From contig NC_042997.1 in the NCBI RefSeq assembly GCF_006345805.1, positions 192,200,001 through 192,264,000 on the forward strand: a DNA stretch of 64,000 nt, written 5' to 3'. The translations under genes and the position numbers were made by a program. This DNA comes from Octopus sinensis (Eukaryota). Numbering within the stretch: the stretch's first letter is position 1; every line of letters begins with the position of its first letter. The notes under the pieces were generated by a model, which was given only the letters and a program-made list of their open reading frames with translations, was not told the origin of the DNA and did no database searches. Positions 12,615 to 24,770 of the stretch are shown here, in pieces.

Positions 12615-12830
12615 AGTTTCTTTATTGCCCACAAGGGGCTAAACATAGAGGGGACAAACAAGGACAGACAAAGGGATTAAGTCGATTACATCGACCCCAA
12701 TACTCAACTGGTACTTAATTTATTGACCCTGAAAGGATAAAAGGCAAAGTCGACCTCAGCAGAATTTGAACTCAGAACGTAAAGACAGACGAAATACTGC
12801 TAAGCATTTCACCCGGTGGGCTAGCGTTTC
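12615..12830 (-). mobile_element. tRNA-derived SINE, family B (a second copy lies at 12420-12610)
   Basis: Reverse match to the family-B consensus (...GAGTTCAAATTC..GAGGTCGACTTTGCCTTTCATCCTTTC...TTAGCCCCTTGTGGG). Confidence 0.8.
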
Positions 12831-12932
12831 TGCCAACTTGTTACCTTTAAACTTGCTAAAGTTTCTGCCACCACACCACCTTAATGATACAACACATCAG
12901 ACCAGGGAACTTTGTACTAAAACAGATAATAA

Positions 12933-12981
<49 letters not shown>

Positions 12982-13234
12982 TATTATTATTATTATTATT
13001 ATTAATGTTGAAATATAGGCAGCAAGGAATTGTTAGGCTAACAAGGACACAAGTGGCTTTAATCTGGTCAGCTGCTACTATATATTGAACTGTGCTACAA
13101 CAGGCCATAGAATGGAACTATCAGCTGATCTATCTGAGAAAGAAATTTGGCTCAGCTTCAACAAACGCTTTTACCTTTGACCTCTTTTATTTATTTATTT
13201 ATTTATGTATTTATTTATGTACTTATTCACTTCT

Positions 13235-13700
13235 TTATCTTTTACTTGTTTCATTCATTAGACTTGGCCATGCTGGGGCACTGCCTTGAATAGTTCTTAG
13301 TCGACTGAACTGACCCCAGTACTTATTCCTATAAAGCCTGATACTTACTCTATCGATTTTTTTGCTGAACTGCTTAGTTACAGGAATGTAAACACACCAA
13401 CACTGCTTGTCAAACAGTGATGGAGGACAAACACAGACACAAAGCCACACACACACAAATACATACATACATACATACATACATACATACATACATACAT
13501 ACATACATACATACATACATACATACATAGACACATGTATGCAAGTATGAAAGGTTTCTTTCAGTTTCAATCTACCAAATCCATTCACAAAGTTTTGGTC
13601 AGCCTGGGGTTATAGTAGAAGACACTTGATGAAGGTGTTGAAAGGTGGTACTGAACTCAAGACCACATGGTTGGCAAACAAACTTCTTAACCACACACCC
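13235..13700 (-). mobile_element. SINE family A
   Basis: Full diverged copy with (CATA)n core. Confidence 0.8.
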
Positions 13701-13761
13701 TGTGCCTATATTTTTTTATACATACATACCTGTATACATATAATATATATATACATTATAT

Positions 13762-14160
13762 AGGCACAGGAATGGCTGTGTGGTAAGTAGCTTGCTTTCT
13801 AGCCACATGGTTCTGGGTTCAGTTCCACTCCATGGAACTTGGGCAAGTGTCATCTACTATAGTCTTGGGACAACCAAAGCCTTGTGAGTGGATTTGGTAG
13901 ATGGAAACTGAAAGAAGTCCATCATATATATATATATGTGTGTGTGTATGTGTGAGTGTGTACGTGTGTGTGTCTATGTATGTGTGCATATGCGTTTGTG
14001 TGTCTGTACTTGTCGCCCCAACATAGCTTGACAACCGATGCTGGTGTATTTACATCCCCGTAACTTAGCGGTTCGGCAAAGAGACCGATGGAATAAGTAC
14101 TGGGCTTACAAAGAATAAGTCCTGGGATCGATTTGCTCAACTAAAGGTGGTGCTCCAGCA
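13762..14160 (+). mobile_element. SINE family A
   Basis: Full copy, head-to-head with 13235-13700. Confidence 0.85.
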
Positions 14161-14550
14161 TAGTTGCAGTCAAATGATTAAAACAAGTAAAAGAATAAAA
14201 TAATACAAGAATATATATATATATATATATATTTATGAAAATAAAATTGAACAAGATAGAGCCAACAAGAAGGACTACGGTTAGACAGCTATTTATTAAT
14301 CCCTACACATGTTCCCATACATTTTCCTGGAATTCAATTATGCCACAGTTTACCTGTATAATGGTTGTATTTTTCTGGTGATATTCAGTTGCTGTACCCG
14401 TTAGTTACAAAACTTTCCACTTCGATGCTAACACAGCAGACTTGGAAGTATATAGTAATACTACCAGCTATTTGGTAACTCTAAGGCTGAACTAGATCTA
14501 TTTTGCACTCTGTTACATTCCTAATGGAATATACCTTAAATACATATATG

Positions 14551-14588
<38 letters not shown>

Positions 14589-14589
<1 letters not shown>

Positions 14590-15141
14590 TGGGTTGTCCG
14601 GAAAGTTCATGCTGACTTATAGTAGCTTACTTTCGACTTATTTTAGAACATGGTTGAGTCCATAAAATAAGATTTGACTACAACTCCATTTAGAGCACAG
14701 TTTAAGCTATCTTTTCGTGGAAGAAGGTTTATGTTCCTATAACCCGTGTTAATTCTGTAACCCTTTAAAATGGAAGATAAGAAAGTTCATTTTCGGCACT
14801 TGATGCTTTGGGAACCAGACAAAAATTGCTGCAGCTCGGCTGGGATGTGTTACCCCACCCTCCATATTCACCAGATATTGCTCCTTCGGATTTCCACTAA
14901 TTCAGGTCTCTGCAGAATAGTCTTAATGGTAAAAATTTCAATTCCTTGGATGACGTAAAAAGATACCTTGATGAATTCTTTGCCATGAAACCCCCTCAAT
15001 TCTGGGAAGAGGGTATTTTCAAGTTACAGGAAAGATGGAGATGCATTACGCAACAAAATGGTTCATACTTGGTTGATTAAAAATGTAATGGCAGGTATTT
15101 ATTGACCTTTTTCTTTCCTTTAACAAACTTTCTGGACAACC

Positions 15142-15144
<3 letters not shown>
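14589..15144 (+). mobile_element. Internally deleted mariner (DD34D-type) transposon
   Basis: TIRs TTGGGTTGTCCGGAAAGTT / AACTTTCTGGACAACCCAA in a (TA)n tract. N-terminal MEDKKVHFRHLMLWE is joined to C-terminal LGWDVLPHPPYSPDIAPSDFH...FWEEGIFKLQERWRCITQQNGSYLVD*. Confidence 0.9.
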
Positions 15145-15197
<53 letters not shown>

Positions 15198-15485
15198 AAT
15201 ACAAATGGACAAGAACGCAAAACATCTGGACAACTAGTTGATGCAAAAAGGGACAACAAAACATTCAGATAGACGATACAAAAAAACACAGACAGGTCAT
15301 TCGAAGCCTTTTATCTTCAGTCAAGAACCGGATCATCCTCGCAATTTCGGCTGATTAATCTTAATGTACATATATATATATGTTGTTTTAATACTTTACT
15401 TAGGCACTGTGAAACTAATAACCTGGTGTAGAACTCAATATACATATGCTTCAGAATGAGGTGTTAGACAAGTATGGTGTGGTAG

Positions 15486-15839
15486 TAAGAAAATGAGATG
15501 ACAAAGGAAAACATGATTACCTTATTAACTTCATCAGCTTACAGCTGTTTCTGCTATAAGATGTGATGGACTCATAGTTGGGTGCCTGAATAATACCTTA
15601 TAGCTTTATCAGAGCCTTGATTATGAAGTGCAATTTTTTTTGGGAAAGAATTATATTTGTGCATATATATGTATATATAGGGAAAAGCATTACCAGTGAG
15701 AAAGTCAACACAGATGTAAAGCTACGAAGTGTGACTCAGGCACTCACCTATAAGACCAGGTCATCTTATAGCAGAAACTACTGTAAGCTAATGGAGTTCA
15801 TAAGACAATCATCTTTTCCTTTGTCATCTCATTTTCTTA
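15486..15839. mobile_element. Long-inverted-repeat MITE-like element
   Basis: ~104-bp inverted arms (15486-15589 and 15736-15839) beginning TAAGAAAATGAGATGACAAAGGAAAA; ~145-bp spacer. Confidence 0.75.
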
Positions 15840-16039
15840 TATATAGTTTCTTAGTTATACTTTTGATTTGTTTCTGCCGTTAGACTGCAGCCATGCTAGA
15901 GCACCACCTTGAAGGGATTAATTAAAAATCCACCCCCAGTAGTAATTTTTCTATTTTCTAAGCCTGGTATTTTTTCTATTGTTCTCGTTTTGCTAAACTG
16001 CTATGTTATTAGGATGTAAACAAACCAGCACCAGTTGTC

Positions 16040-16209
16040 AAATCATTGTGGGAGACAAAAACGAATGCAAAGATGCACACACAAATATATACAAATGTGA
16101 ATGTACAATTATATACAATGTACAATTATATACATACATACACACATGCATATATATATATATGTATGTATAGATGTATGTATATGTATATATACATACA
16201 TATATGTTG

Positions 16210-16242
<33 letters not shown>

Positions 16243-16262
16243 TATATATGTGTGTGTGTGTG

Positions 16263-16329
<67 letters not shown>

Positions 16330-16340
16330 ATATATATATA

Positions 16341-16371
<31 letters not shown>

Positions 16372-16422
16372 GATAGATAGATAGATAGATAAATATAGAT
16401 CATCATATATATATTGTATATA

Positions 16423-16461
<39 letters not shown>

Positions 16462-16590
16462 GATATATACTATATATATATGATGATCTATATTTATCTA
16501 TCTATCTATCTATATTATATATATATATATATTATATTATATATAAATACATATATATATATATATTATTATAAATATATACATATATAT
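16040..16590. repeat. Compound (TA)/(TG)/(GATA) microsatellite
   Basis: Direct inspection. Confidence 0.9.
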
Positions 16591-16990
16591 ATTCTTTTAC
16601 TTGTTTCAGTCATTTGACTGTGGCTATGCTGCAGCACCACCTTTAGTCAGATAAATTGACCCCAGGACTTATTCTTTGTAAGCCTAGTACTTATTCTATT
16701 GATGTATTTTGCTGAACCGCTAATTTATAGGTACATAAATACACCAGCATTGGTTGGGGAAACAAACACAGAGATACACACATAAATATACACATACACA
16801 CATACACACACATACATATATATACACACACATATACGACAGGCTTCTTTCAGTTTCCATCAACCAAATCCACTGATAAGGCTTTGTTTGGCCTGAGGTA
16901 ATAATCGAAGACACTTGCCCAAGGTACCACGCTGTGGGATTGAACCTGGAACCATGTGGTTGGGAAGCAAGCTTCTTACCTCACAGCCAT
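16590..16990 (-). mobile_element. SINE family A
   Basis: Full reverse copy. Confidence 0.8.
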
Positions 16991-17145
16991 GACTGTTGTC
17001 ATGCAGTGTGACTTTTATAATATTATATATATTATATATATATATATCCATATATATAAAATAAATAATAAAATATTAGGGAATAAGTCCAAACTTACAG
17101 GAAAAATCAGATTTAGGATTGAATCCAATTTTATAGTAAAATATT

Positions 17146-17388
17146 ATATTATATTAAATTAGAGATAAAACCACTATTAGGCAAATCATACAATGAAAAA
17201 CTTAAGCCAATACAAAGATTAATTAATTTATATTATTTTAAATTATATCAAAATTAAAAAAAATTATCTTTTTTTATAATTTTGATATATATTTAAAATA
17301 ATATAAATGAATTAATCTTATGTATGGCTTGAGTTTTTCATTGTATGATTTGCCTAATAGTGGTTTTATCTCTAATTTAATATAATAT
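17146..17388. repeat. Near-perfect AT-rich palindrome
   Basis: ~118-bp arms (AAATTAGAGATAAAACCACTATTAGGCAAATCATACAATGAAAAAC... and its reverse complement) with a loop of only a few nt. Confidence 0.85.
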
Positions 17389-17499
17389 ATATATTAATTA
17401 TATATATATATATTATATATAAGACAGACCCCGGTCGAACCGTCCAACCCGTGCTAGCGCGGAAAATGGACGTTAAACGATGATGATGATGATGATGAT

Positions 17500-20455
17500 A
17501 TCATCATCATCATCATCATCGTTTAACATCCGCTTTCCGTGCTAGCACGGGTTGGACGGTTCGACTGGGTCTGGGAAGCCAGGGGCCGCTCCAGGCTCCA
17601 GTCTGAAATCTGGCAGAGTTTCTACGGCTGGATGCCCTTCCTAACGCCAACCACTCCGTGAGTGGATTGGGTGCTTTTTACGTGCCACCTGCACAGGGGC
17701 GGAGGTCCGGCATCGTCACGATCGGTTCGAGCATTTTAACGTGTCAGCGGCACGGGGGCAACGAGGTCTGGGGTACTTTGGGATCGGGGTACTTTGGGGA
17801 TCCAGGGTACTTTGGGGATCCGGGTACTTAGAATGGGTAGGGGGTATGTGGAATTGCTGCAGAAAGCAGCCCGGGTCTTTGTAGTCACAGCATATCTCCA
17901 GAGATCTCGGTCCTTCGCCATTGCCTCAGTGAGGCCCAATGTTCTGAGGTCATGCTTGACCACCTCATCCCATGTCTTCCTGGGTCTACCTCTCCCCCTG
18001 ATACCTTCAACTGTTTGGGAGTGGCACTTCTTCACACATCTCTCTTCATCCATCCGCAGCACATGACCATACCATCGCAAGCGTCGCTCTTGCACACCAC
18101 ATCTGATGCTTCTTATATCCAGCATTTCTCTCAGGATACTTACACTCTGTTTTGCGTGCACACTGACACTACACATCCAGCGGATCATGCTAGCTTCATT
18201 TCTTTCAAGTCTACGCATGTCTTCTGCAGTCACAGCCCATGTTTCATTACCGTGAAGCATGGCAGTTCGCACACATGCATCATACAATCTACCTTTTGCT
18301 CTGAGGGAGAGACCTTTTGTTGCCAGTAGGGGTAGGAGCTTTCTGAACTTTGCCCAGGCTATTCGTATTCTAGTGGTGATACTCTCTGTGCATCCACCTC
18401 CGCTACTAACTTGGTCACCCAGGTAGCGGAAACTATCAACTACTTCTAGTTTTCTCTCCCTGGAGTTGATGGAATCTGTTTTCTGAGTGTCTGTTGTGTC
18501 TATTGTCCCTGTGCATCTGCCGCACATGAAAGCTATCTTATCTGTTAATTTCCCTTTAATGTTGCTGCACCTCTTATGTGTCCATAACTTACATTGGGTG
18601 CATCTTATGGAGTTTCTACCTGTACCTTTCCTACAGGTTGAGCAGGGCCACCTACCCGAGGGGATGTGTGCTGAGTACCTCTTGTTGCTTACTAATACTT
18701 TGGTCTTTGCTACATTTATTCTAAGGCTAAGGCCCTTGATTCCAACCCTTGCTTCCACACACCGAAATTTCTCTTCTAGTTCCGGTAGTGATTCTGCTAT
18801 GAGAGCTAGGTCATCGGCATAGAGGAGCTCCCAGGGGCATCCCGTTTTGAATTCCTCTGTTATTGCCTGAAGGACTATGATGAATAAAAGGGGACTGAGG
18901 GCTGAGCCCTGGTCACACCTACTTCTACTACCCGGAATTCTTCACTATATTCGTTGCCAATCCTAACCTTGCTGACAGCCTCTCTGTATAGAGCCTGTAC
19001 AGCCCTTATTAGCCATTCTTCAATCTCCATTTTCCGCATCGACCACCAGATAAGGGAACGGGGAACCCTGTCAAAGGCTTTCTCCAAGTCTACAAAAGCT
19101 ATGTAGAGGGTTTATCTTTAGCTAGTACTTCTCCTGCAGTTGTCGGACCAGGAATATAGCATCAGTGGTGCTTCTACCTGGTACAAAACCGAACTGCATT
19201 TCATCTAAACAAATTCTCTCCCTAATGAGATTGGTTATGACCTTCTCTGAGACCTTCATCACCTGGTCCAACAGTTTGATGCCTCTGTAGTTATTTCTAT
19301 CTAGAGCATCACCCTTACCCTTGTAGCAGTTGACTATGGTGCTGCTGCACCAGTCATTGTGAACTACCTGGTTTACAATGCGGGTGACTATGGCATAGCC
19401 CCATAGCCAGCTGTTTTAAGCATCTCAGCAGTGATTCCTGATAGGCCAGGGGCTTTGCCTGTTTCATATCCTTAATTGCCTTATCTACAAGGGAGCTGTC
19501 TATTCGGGTAGCTGGTCCCTCTACTGGTCAACATTGGCAGGCTCTCCTCCTCCCATTCATTCTCCTCATTCAGCAGCCTTTCATAATGGCTTCTCCAAGC
19601 CTCTTCTTTTCACTAGTAGTAAAAGCAAGTGCCCCATCATCCATGCGGACACATTTCTCTCCTATAACATCGCTATTTTCTCTGACACACTGTCTGGCAA
19701 TCCGAAATACTTCGGCTCTTTGATCCTCGCGACGCTGGACATTGGCAACTTCTTCTTTTCTGCTACATCTTTGGCAATGTAGACCTGCCGCCAGCCTCCC
19801 TTTTGGCTATCTGTACAGTTCCCTGCTGCCCCCATCCTTCCAGGCTTTCCAGGCCCGTCTCTTTTCACAGATGGCTTTATCTACTGCACTATTCCCCACC
19901 ACGTAATTCTAGGTCTGGAAGGGACTTTGCACCATCCACAGACTTGGTCTGTGGCACTCAACAAGCTGTCCCGTAGGAATTCCCAGCTACCTTCTATGTC
20001 TGACGTCTGAAGCTCCTCCTCCCTCTCATCAAATTTCTTGATGAGTATGTCCCTAAATTTCTGACCATGCGAAGGGTTCTTTAGCCTCCAAATCCTTCTT
20101 TTCCTGGATGGTTTGTTTCTTGGAGTCCTTCTGGCCTCAAGCTTAAAGTCACTGATGATTAGTCTATGCTGAGGGATACATTCTTCACCCGGGAGGGTCT
20201 TTGTATTCAAGAGCAACCCTGCATCCCGTTGTCTGGTGAGATGAAGTCTATTTGGCTAGCGGAGTCTCCTGACTGATAATTTATAAGGTGGCAGACTGGC
20301 TTCTTGAAGTTAGTGTTGTAGATTGAAAGGTTACATGCATCACAGATTTCCAGCAGTCTAGTTCCCTCATCATTTCTGGTGCCAATACCATAGCCACCAT
20401 GTACCCCAGTGAAGATACCCGATTCCCGCCCAACATGCCCATTATACTTTTCAGA
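17500..20455 (-). mobile_element. RTE-clade LINE, 5'-truncated within the AP endonuclease, ORF2 disrupted
   Basis: EN motifs GVHGGYGIGTRNDEGTRLLE...SQIDF; RT motifs FVDLEKAFDRVPR and WELLYADD (18810-18821); a 340-aa open C-terminal stretch with FRYLGD and RGRPRKTWDEVV; 3' UTR and (GAT)n tail. Confidence 0.95.
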
Positions 20456-21095
20456 TGCCATGCAGTGGGAGCGAACCTGAAGCCATGTAACTGGGAAGCA
20501 AGCTTATCAACCACACAACCATGCTTCTAAAATCCAAAAATCCATTTATATCAAATCCAAATTTATTATAATGTGCATTATATCAGACAGTAATGTCAAA
20601 TCTAATAGATGAAGGCTAAAAATCACCAATCACAGTTGAATATAAAAGAATTAAAAAAATGAATAAAATGTTGCATTGGAATTAGACAATGAGCTTTTGT
20701 CAATTGTGAGAAATTTTCAGATGGAAAAGCTTGATGCTATGGCAAGTCCTAATGCCACATTAGACATGATTCTTCCTTTTATGAGATTCCTATCTCACTG
20801 CCTTGTATCATTGAGGCTGATTTATTTGTGTGCAACAATCGACTGCAAACTGTCTTTTGTGATACAACAGATCAGTATTATAACAGAAGCTGTAGTGAAC
20901 TAGTATAACTGTTTAAGAGATATAAGAGATGTAAGTGGTGCCGTTGTGGCTGTATGGTTGAGAAGCTTGCTTTCCAATTATGTGGTCTTGGGTTCAGTCC
21001 CACTGTGCAGAAGCTTGGGCAAGTGTCTTCTACTATGGCCCAAGGCAGATCAAAGCCTTGTGAGTGAATTTGGCAAATGGATACTAAAAAAATTC

Positions 21096-21235
21096 TTAAC
21101 CCTTTCATTACTCTGTGTTTCTTTCAATCACTTTAAATATAACAAAGAATTTAGTAAAATAACTTTGTTATCATTCAGCTAGTGTTAGGAACATAAATTG
21201 TGACTAAGGTTTGGTGGAAGATTCTAATTCAGAAC
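21096..21235 (-). mobile_element. Partial dispersed copy of the piggyBac-type MITE that forms the 27.1-30.1 kb array
   Basis: TTAACCCTTTCATTAC...CAAAGAATTTAGTAAAATAAC...GTGTTAGGAACATAAATTGTGACTAAGGTTTGGTGG is the reverse complement of the array unit's right part. Confidence 0.8.
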
Positions 21236-21530
21236 GGGCCTTGTGTCTAGAGAAGAAAAGAATATATTTTGAAATGTTTTAACTGAGGAAGGTCTTATGT
21301 GATGAATACATTTCCAGTCATATATTATGCAGATGTGAAATGTATTAAATGATTTTAAAATATCATTATTTGGCTTCACTTCATTATTACAATGTAAATC
21401 GCTCAATACTAGCACAAGCTTGTTGGTTTAGACACCACTTATGCGGATACTCTAACATTTTGGAGTAGTTTGTTATATTTAACTTAAGTTAAAAATTTTG
21501 CTATCTTGCATTGCTTCTTAGCATAATACA

Positions 21531-21573
<43 letters not shown>

Positions 21574-22224
21574 ATATTCATAAAAAGGAATAGAAATGGT
21601 TTTTCTGATAATTTTTCCGCTTTATAAACATTTAATCATTAAAGTGGAAAAATTATCAGAAAAGCCATTTCTATTCAATTTTTCTATTCATTTCTATTCT
21701 GTTTTCCAAAATCTAATACTGTACCAAGGATTTTCTGTTTCTTATTTTACTATATATATAGCATCATCATCATCATCATCACCATCATCATTTAATGTCT
21801 GCCTGACATGGGTTGGATGGTTTGTCAGGAGCTTGCACCAAAAACTTCTGTGTATGTTTTGGCAGGGTTTTTACAGCTGGATGCCATTCCTAACACCATG
21901 TATATATAAATGATCATGATAATGATGATGATGATGATGATATATATATGTATATATATATGTATATATACATAGAGTGGTGGACTGGTCTAAAAATATT
22001 GGTTTCCAGGAGACTAAGGGTACCCACTTGCAACTACAATGCTATCATTTATTTATTATTATTTTTGTTAAAAGTATTCTTTTCAACTTACTACAAACAC
22101 AGCCAGGCAGAAATAATTAATGCATTCTTCCAGGAGTGAATAAAAAATTCTCAAACTTGAGGGGATGGACCCCTTAGATACTAACATGGGCTGCCATATA
22201 TCGATTCTAATAGTTCAGGGTCCC

Positions 22225-22505
22225 TCGATGCCAGCCTCCCACCCCAACTGGCCCCTGTGCTGGTAGCATGTAAAAGCACCATCTGAACGTGGCTGATGCC
22301 AGTGCCGCCTGACTGGCTCCCATGCTGGTGGCACGTAAAATGCACCCACTATACTCTTGGAGTGGTTGGCGTTAGAAGGGCATCCAGCTGTAGAAACACT
22401 GCCAGATCAGATCAGAGACTGGTGCGGCACCTGGCTTGCTAGTCCCCAGTCAAGCCATCCAACCCATGGAGAACGGATATTAAACAATGATGATGATGAT
22501 GATGA
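22225..22505 (+). mobile_element. Solo RTE 3'-end element (family C)
   Basis: GAGTGGTTGGCGTTAG..GGGCATCCAGCTGTAGAAAC...CAACCCATG...(GAT)n, homologous to the RTE 3' UTRs. Confidence 0.75.
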
Positions 22506-22824
22506 ATTAAGGTTCAGCTGAACTAGGTACTTAAATTGAGGCACCAAGCCAGTTTGGTATAGTCTGCACAGCTCAAAGTTAGGTGAAGAAAAATCAATTA
22601 AGTAACAAGGATGTAGCAAATTGAAAAAGTAATTATTTTAGCCTCCTGTACTGATGAAATTTTGCTAAAAGATAATGGTGTACCCTTTATGTTGGAATCT
22701 ATATGATCATCTGCACCCAAGGAGGGTGGTCTATTTCAAATTGATGTAATGTTTGCATTGATCAATTAAATGGAACCGCTTGAAATGGCCGTAATGCACT
22801 GATATATCCTTGTTACTTATTTGC

Positions 22825-23222
22825 TAGGAGGAGTGGCTGTGTGGTAAGTAGCTTGTTTACCAGCCACATGCTTCCAGGTTCAGTCCCACTGTGTGGCACC
22901 TTGGGCAAGTGTCTTCTACTACAGCCTCGGGCCGACCAAAGCTTTGTGAGTAGATTTGGTAGACGGAAACTGAAAGAAGCCCATCATATGTGTGTGTGTG
23001 TGTGTGTGTATGTGTGTGTGCGTGTGTATGTTTCTGGGTCTGTGTTTGTCTCCCCACCATCGCTTGACAACTGATGCTGGTGCCCGTAACTTAGTGGTTC
23101 GGCAAAAGAGACCGATAGAATAAGTACTAGGCTTACAAAGAATAAGTCCCAGGGTTGAATTGTTTGACTAAAGGCAGTGCTCCAGTATGGCTGCAGTCAA
23201 ATGACTGAAACAAATTAAAGAA
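22825..23222 (+). mobile_element. SINE family A
   Basis: Full copy, followed by an inverted 5' half at 23230-23395. Confidence 0.8.
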
Positions 23223-23489
23223 TATACGATAAATTTCTTTTAGTTTCTGTCCACGAAAACCAAATCCATTCACAAGGCTTTGGACAGCCCGGTGCCGTAG
23301 TAGAAGACACTTACCCTCAGTGCCATGCAGTGGGATTGAACCCCAAACTATCTGGTTGTGACGCAAATCTCTTAACCACACAGCTACACATATGGCTGAC
23401 CCCACCAATCCATTGCCTGATGCTATAGTTCTTTACTTATCCACTGTACAAGGATGAAAGATATAGTTGGTAGATGGAAACTGAAATAT

Positions 23490-24470
23490 GGGTGGGCAGT
23501 GGGAGAAAACCACATGATGATGATGAAGATGTTGCTGCTGCTGCTGCTGCTGATGATGATGATGATGGGAACAACAATGATGAGGTTGAGGAGGATGAGA
23601 TGAGGATGAGGAAGAAAATGGCAAGGATGATGATGATGATGACTACAGCAGGATTTGAACTGAGAATGCAAAACATTGAAATAAATACTACAAGGTATTT
23701 ATTTTAGTCTAATGTTTTAATGGTTTTGCTTTCTCACCAATATAGGAGAGACAATTGCATTAGTATAAAGAATAACGTGAATGAATAATTTATTCTGGGT
23801 GAACAGAAGTCATGGGGTGTGTGTGTGTGTGTGCTGGTATGAGCATAAAATGCAAATGGACAGCCATCTCTTGAATGAAAAGAGGTTCAGTCTATGGTGG
23901 AGGGTGCCAATTGGCAGAGGAAGACCAGTGGGAGACCTGGGAAGTGGGGTAGGCGTCTAATGGTGAGAATATCAATACATGGTCGAGAAGAATGGCGATG
24001 TATTGTACTGTGGTACAGACCAAATGAATCCATGCCAACTTGGACGGGCAGTGGGAGAAAACCACATGATGATGACGATGCTGCTGATGCTGCTGCTGCT
24101 GCTGCTGATGATGATGATGATGGCAATATCAATGATGAGGTTGAGGAGGATGAGGATGAGGAAGAAAATGGCAAGGATGATGATGATGTTTGTGATGACG
24201 ATAAAGCTGATGATGATGATGATGATGATGATGATGTTGATGATGATGGCAGTTATGCTGTTGATGATGACGATGAGAAGGAGGAGGATGAGGATGATGA
24301 TGGCAATGATGGTGATGATGGGGAGGGGGAAAGGAAGGACGTAGAAGATGATGGTGATGATGACTATGATGATGATGATGTTTGTGATGAATATAAAGCT
24401 GATGATGATGGCGATGATGATGATGATGTTGATGATGATGGCAGTTATGCTGTTGATGATGACGATGAGA

Positions 24471-24501
<31 letters not shown>

Positions 24502-24770
24502 CGATGAGAAGGATGATGATGATGATGATGATGACGATGAGAAGGATGATGATGATGATGATGATGATGGCAATGATGGTGAGGGGGAAAGGAAGGACGT
24601 AGAAGATGATGGTGATGATGACTATGATGATGATGATGATGATGTTTGTGATGAAGATAAAGCTGATGATGGTGCCGGTGGCGATGATGATGATGATGAT
24701 GATGATGACGATGACGACGATGATGATGATAATGATGTTGACAACGGCAATAATGATGATGATTGGTGAT
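23490..24770. repeat. GAT-based compound repeat with higher-order duplications
   Basis: 23490-23640 is duplicated at 24046-24190; ~190-240 bp units containing GTTTGTGATGA..TAAAGCTGAT and GAAAGGAAGGACGTAGAAG recur. Confidence 0.85.

Noticed and set aside
15520-15565. Minus-strand GAAACAGCTGTAAGCTGATGA as a hammerhead
   Set aside because: Only two nucleotides separate the cleavage triplet from CUGAUGA, so stem I cannot form, and the other arm lacks the core.
22642-22765. Possible exon (TTATTTTAG|..SCTDEILLKDNGVPFMLESI*)
   Set aside because: Internal stop, no clear donor, no recognised domain.
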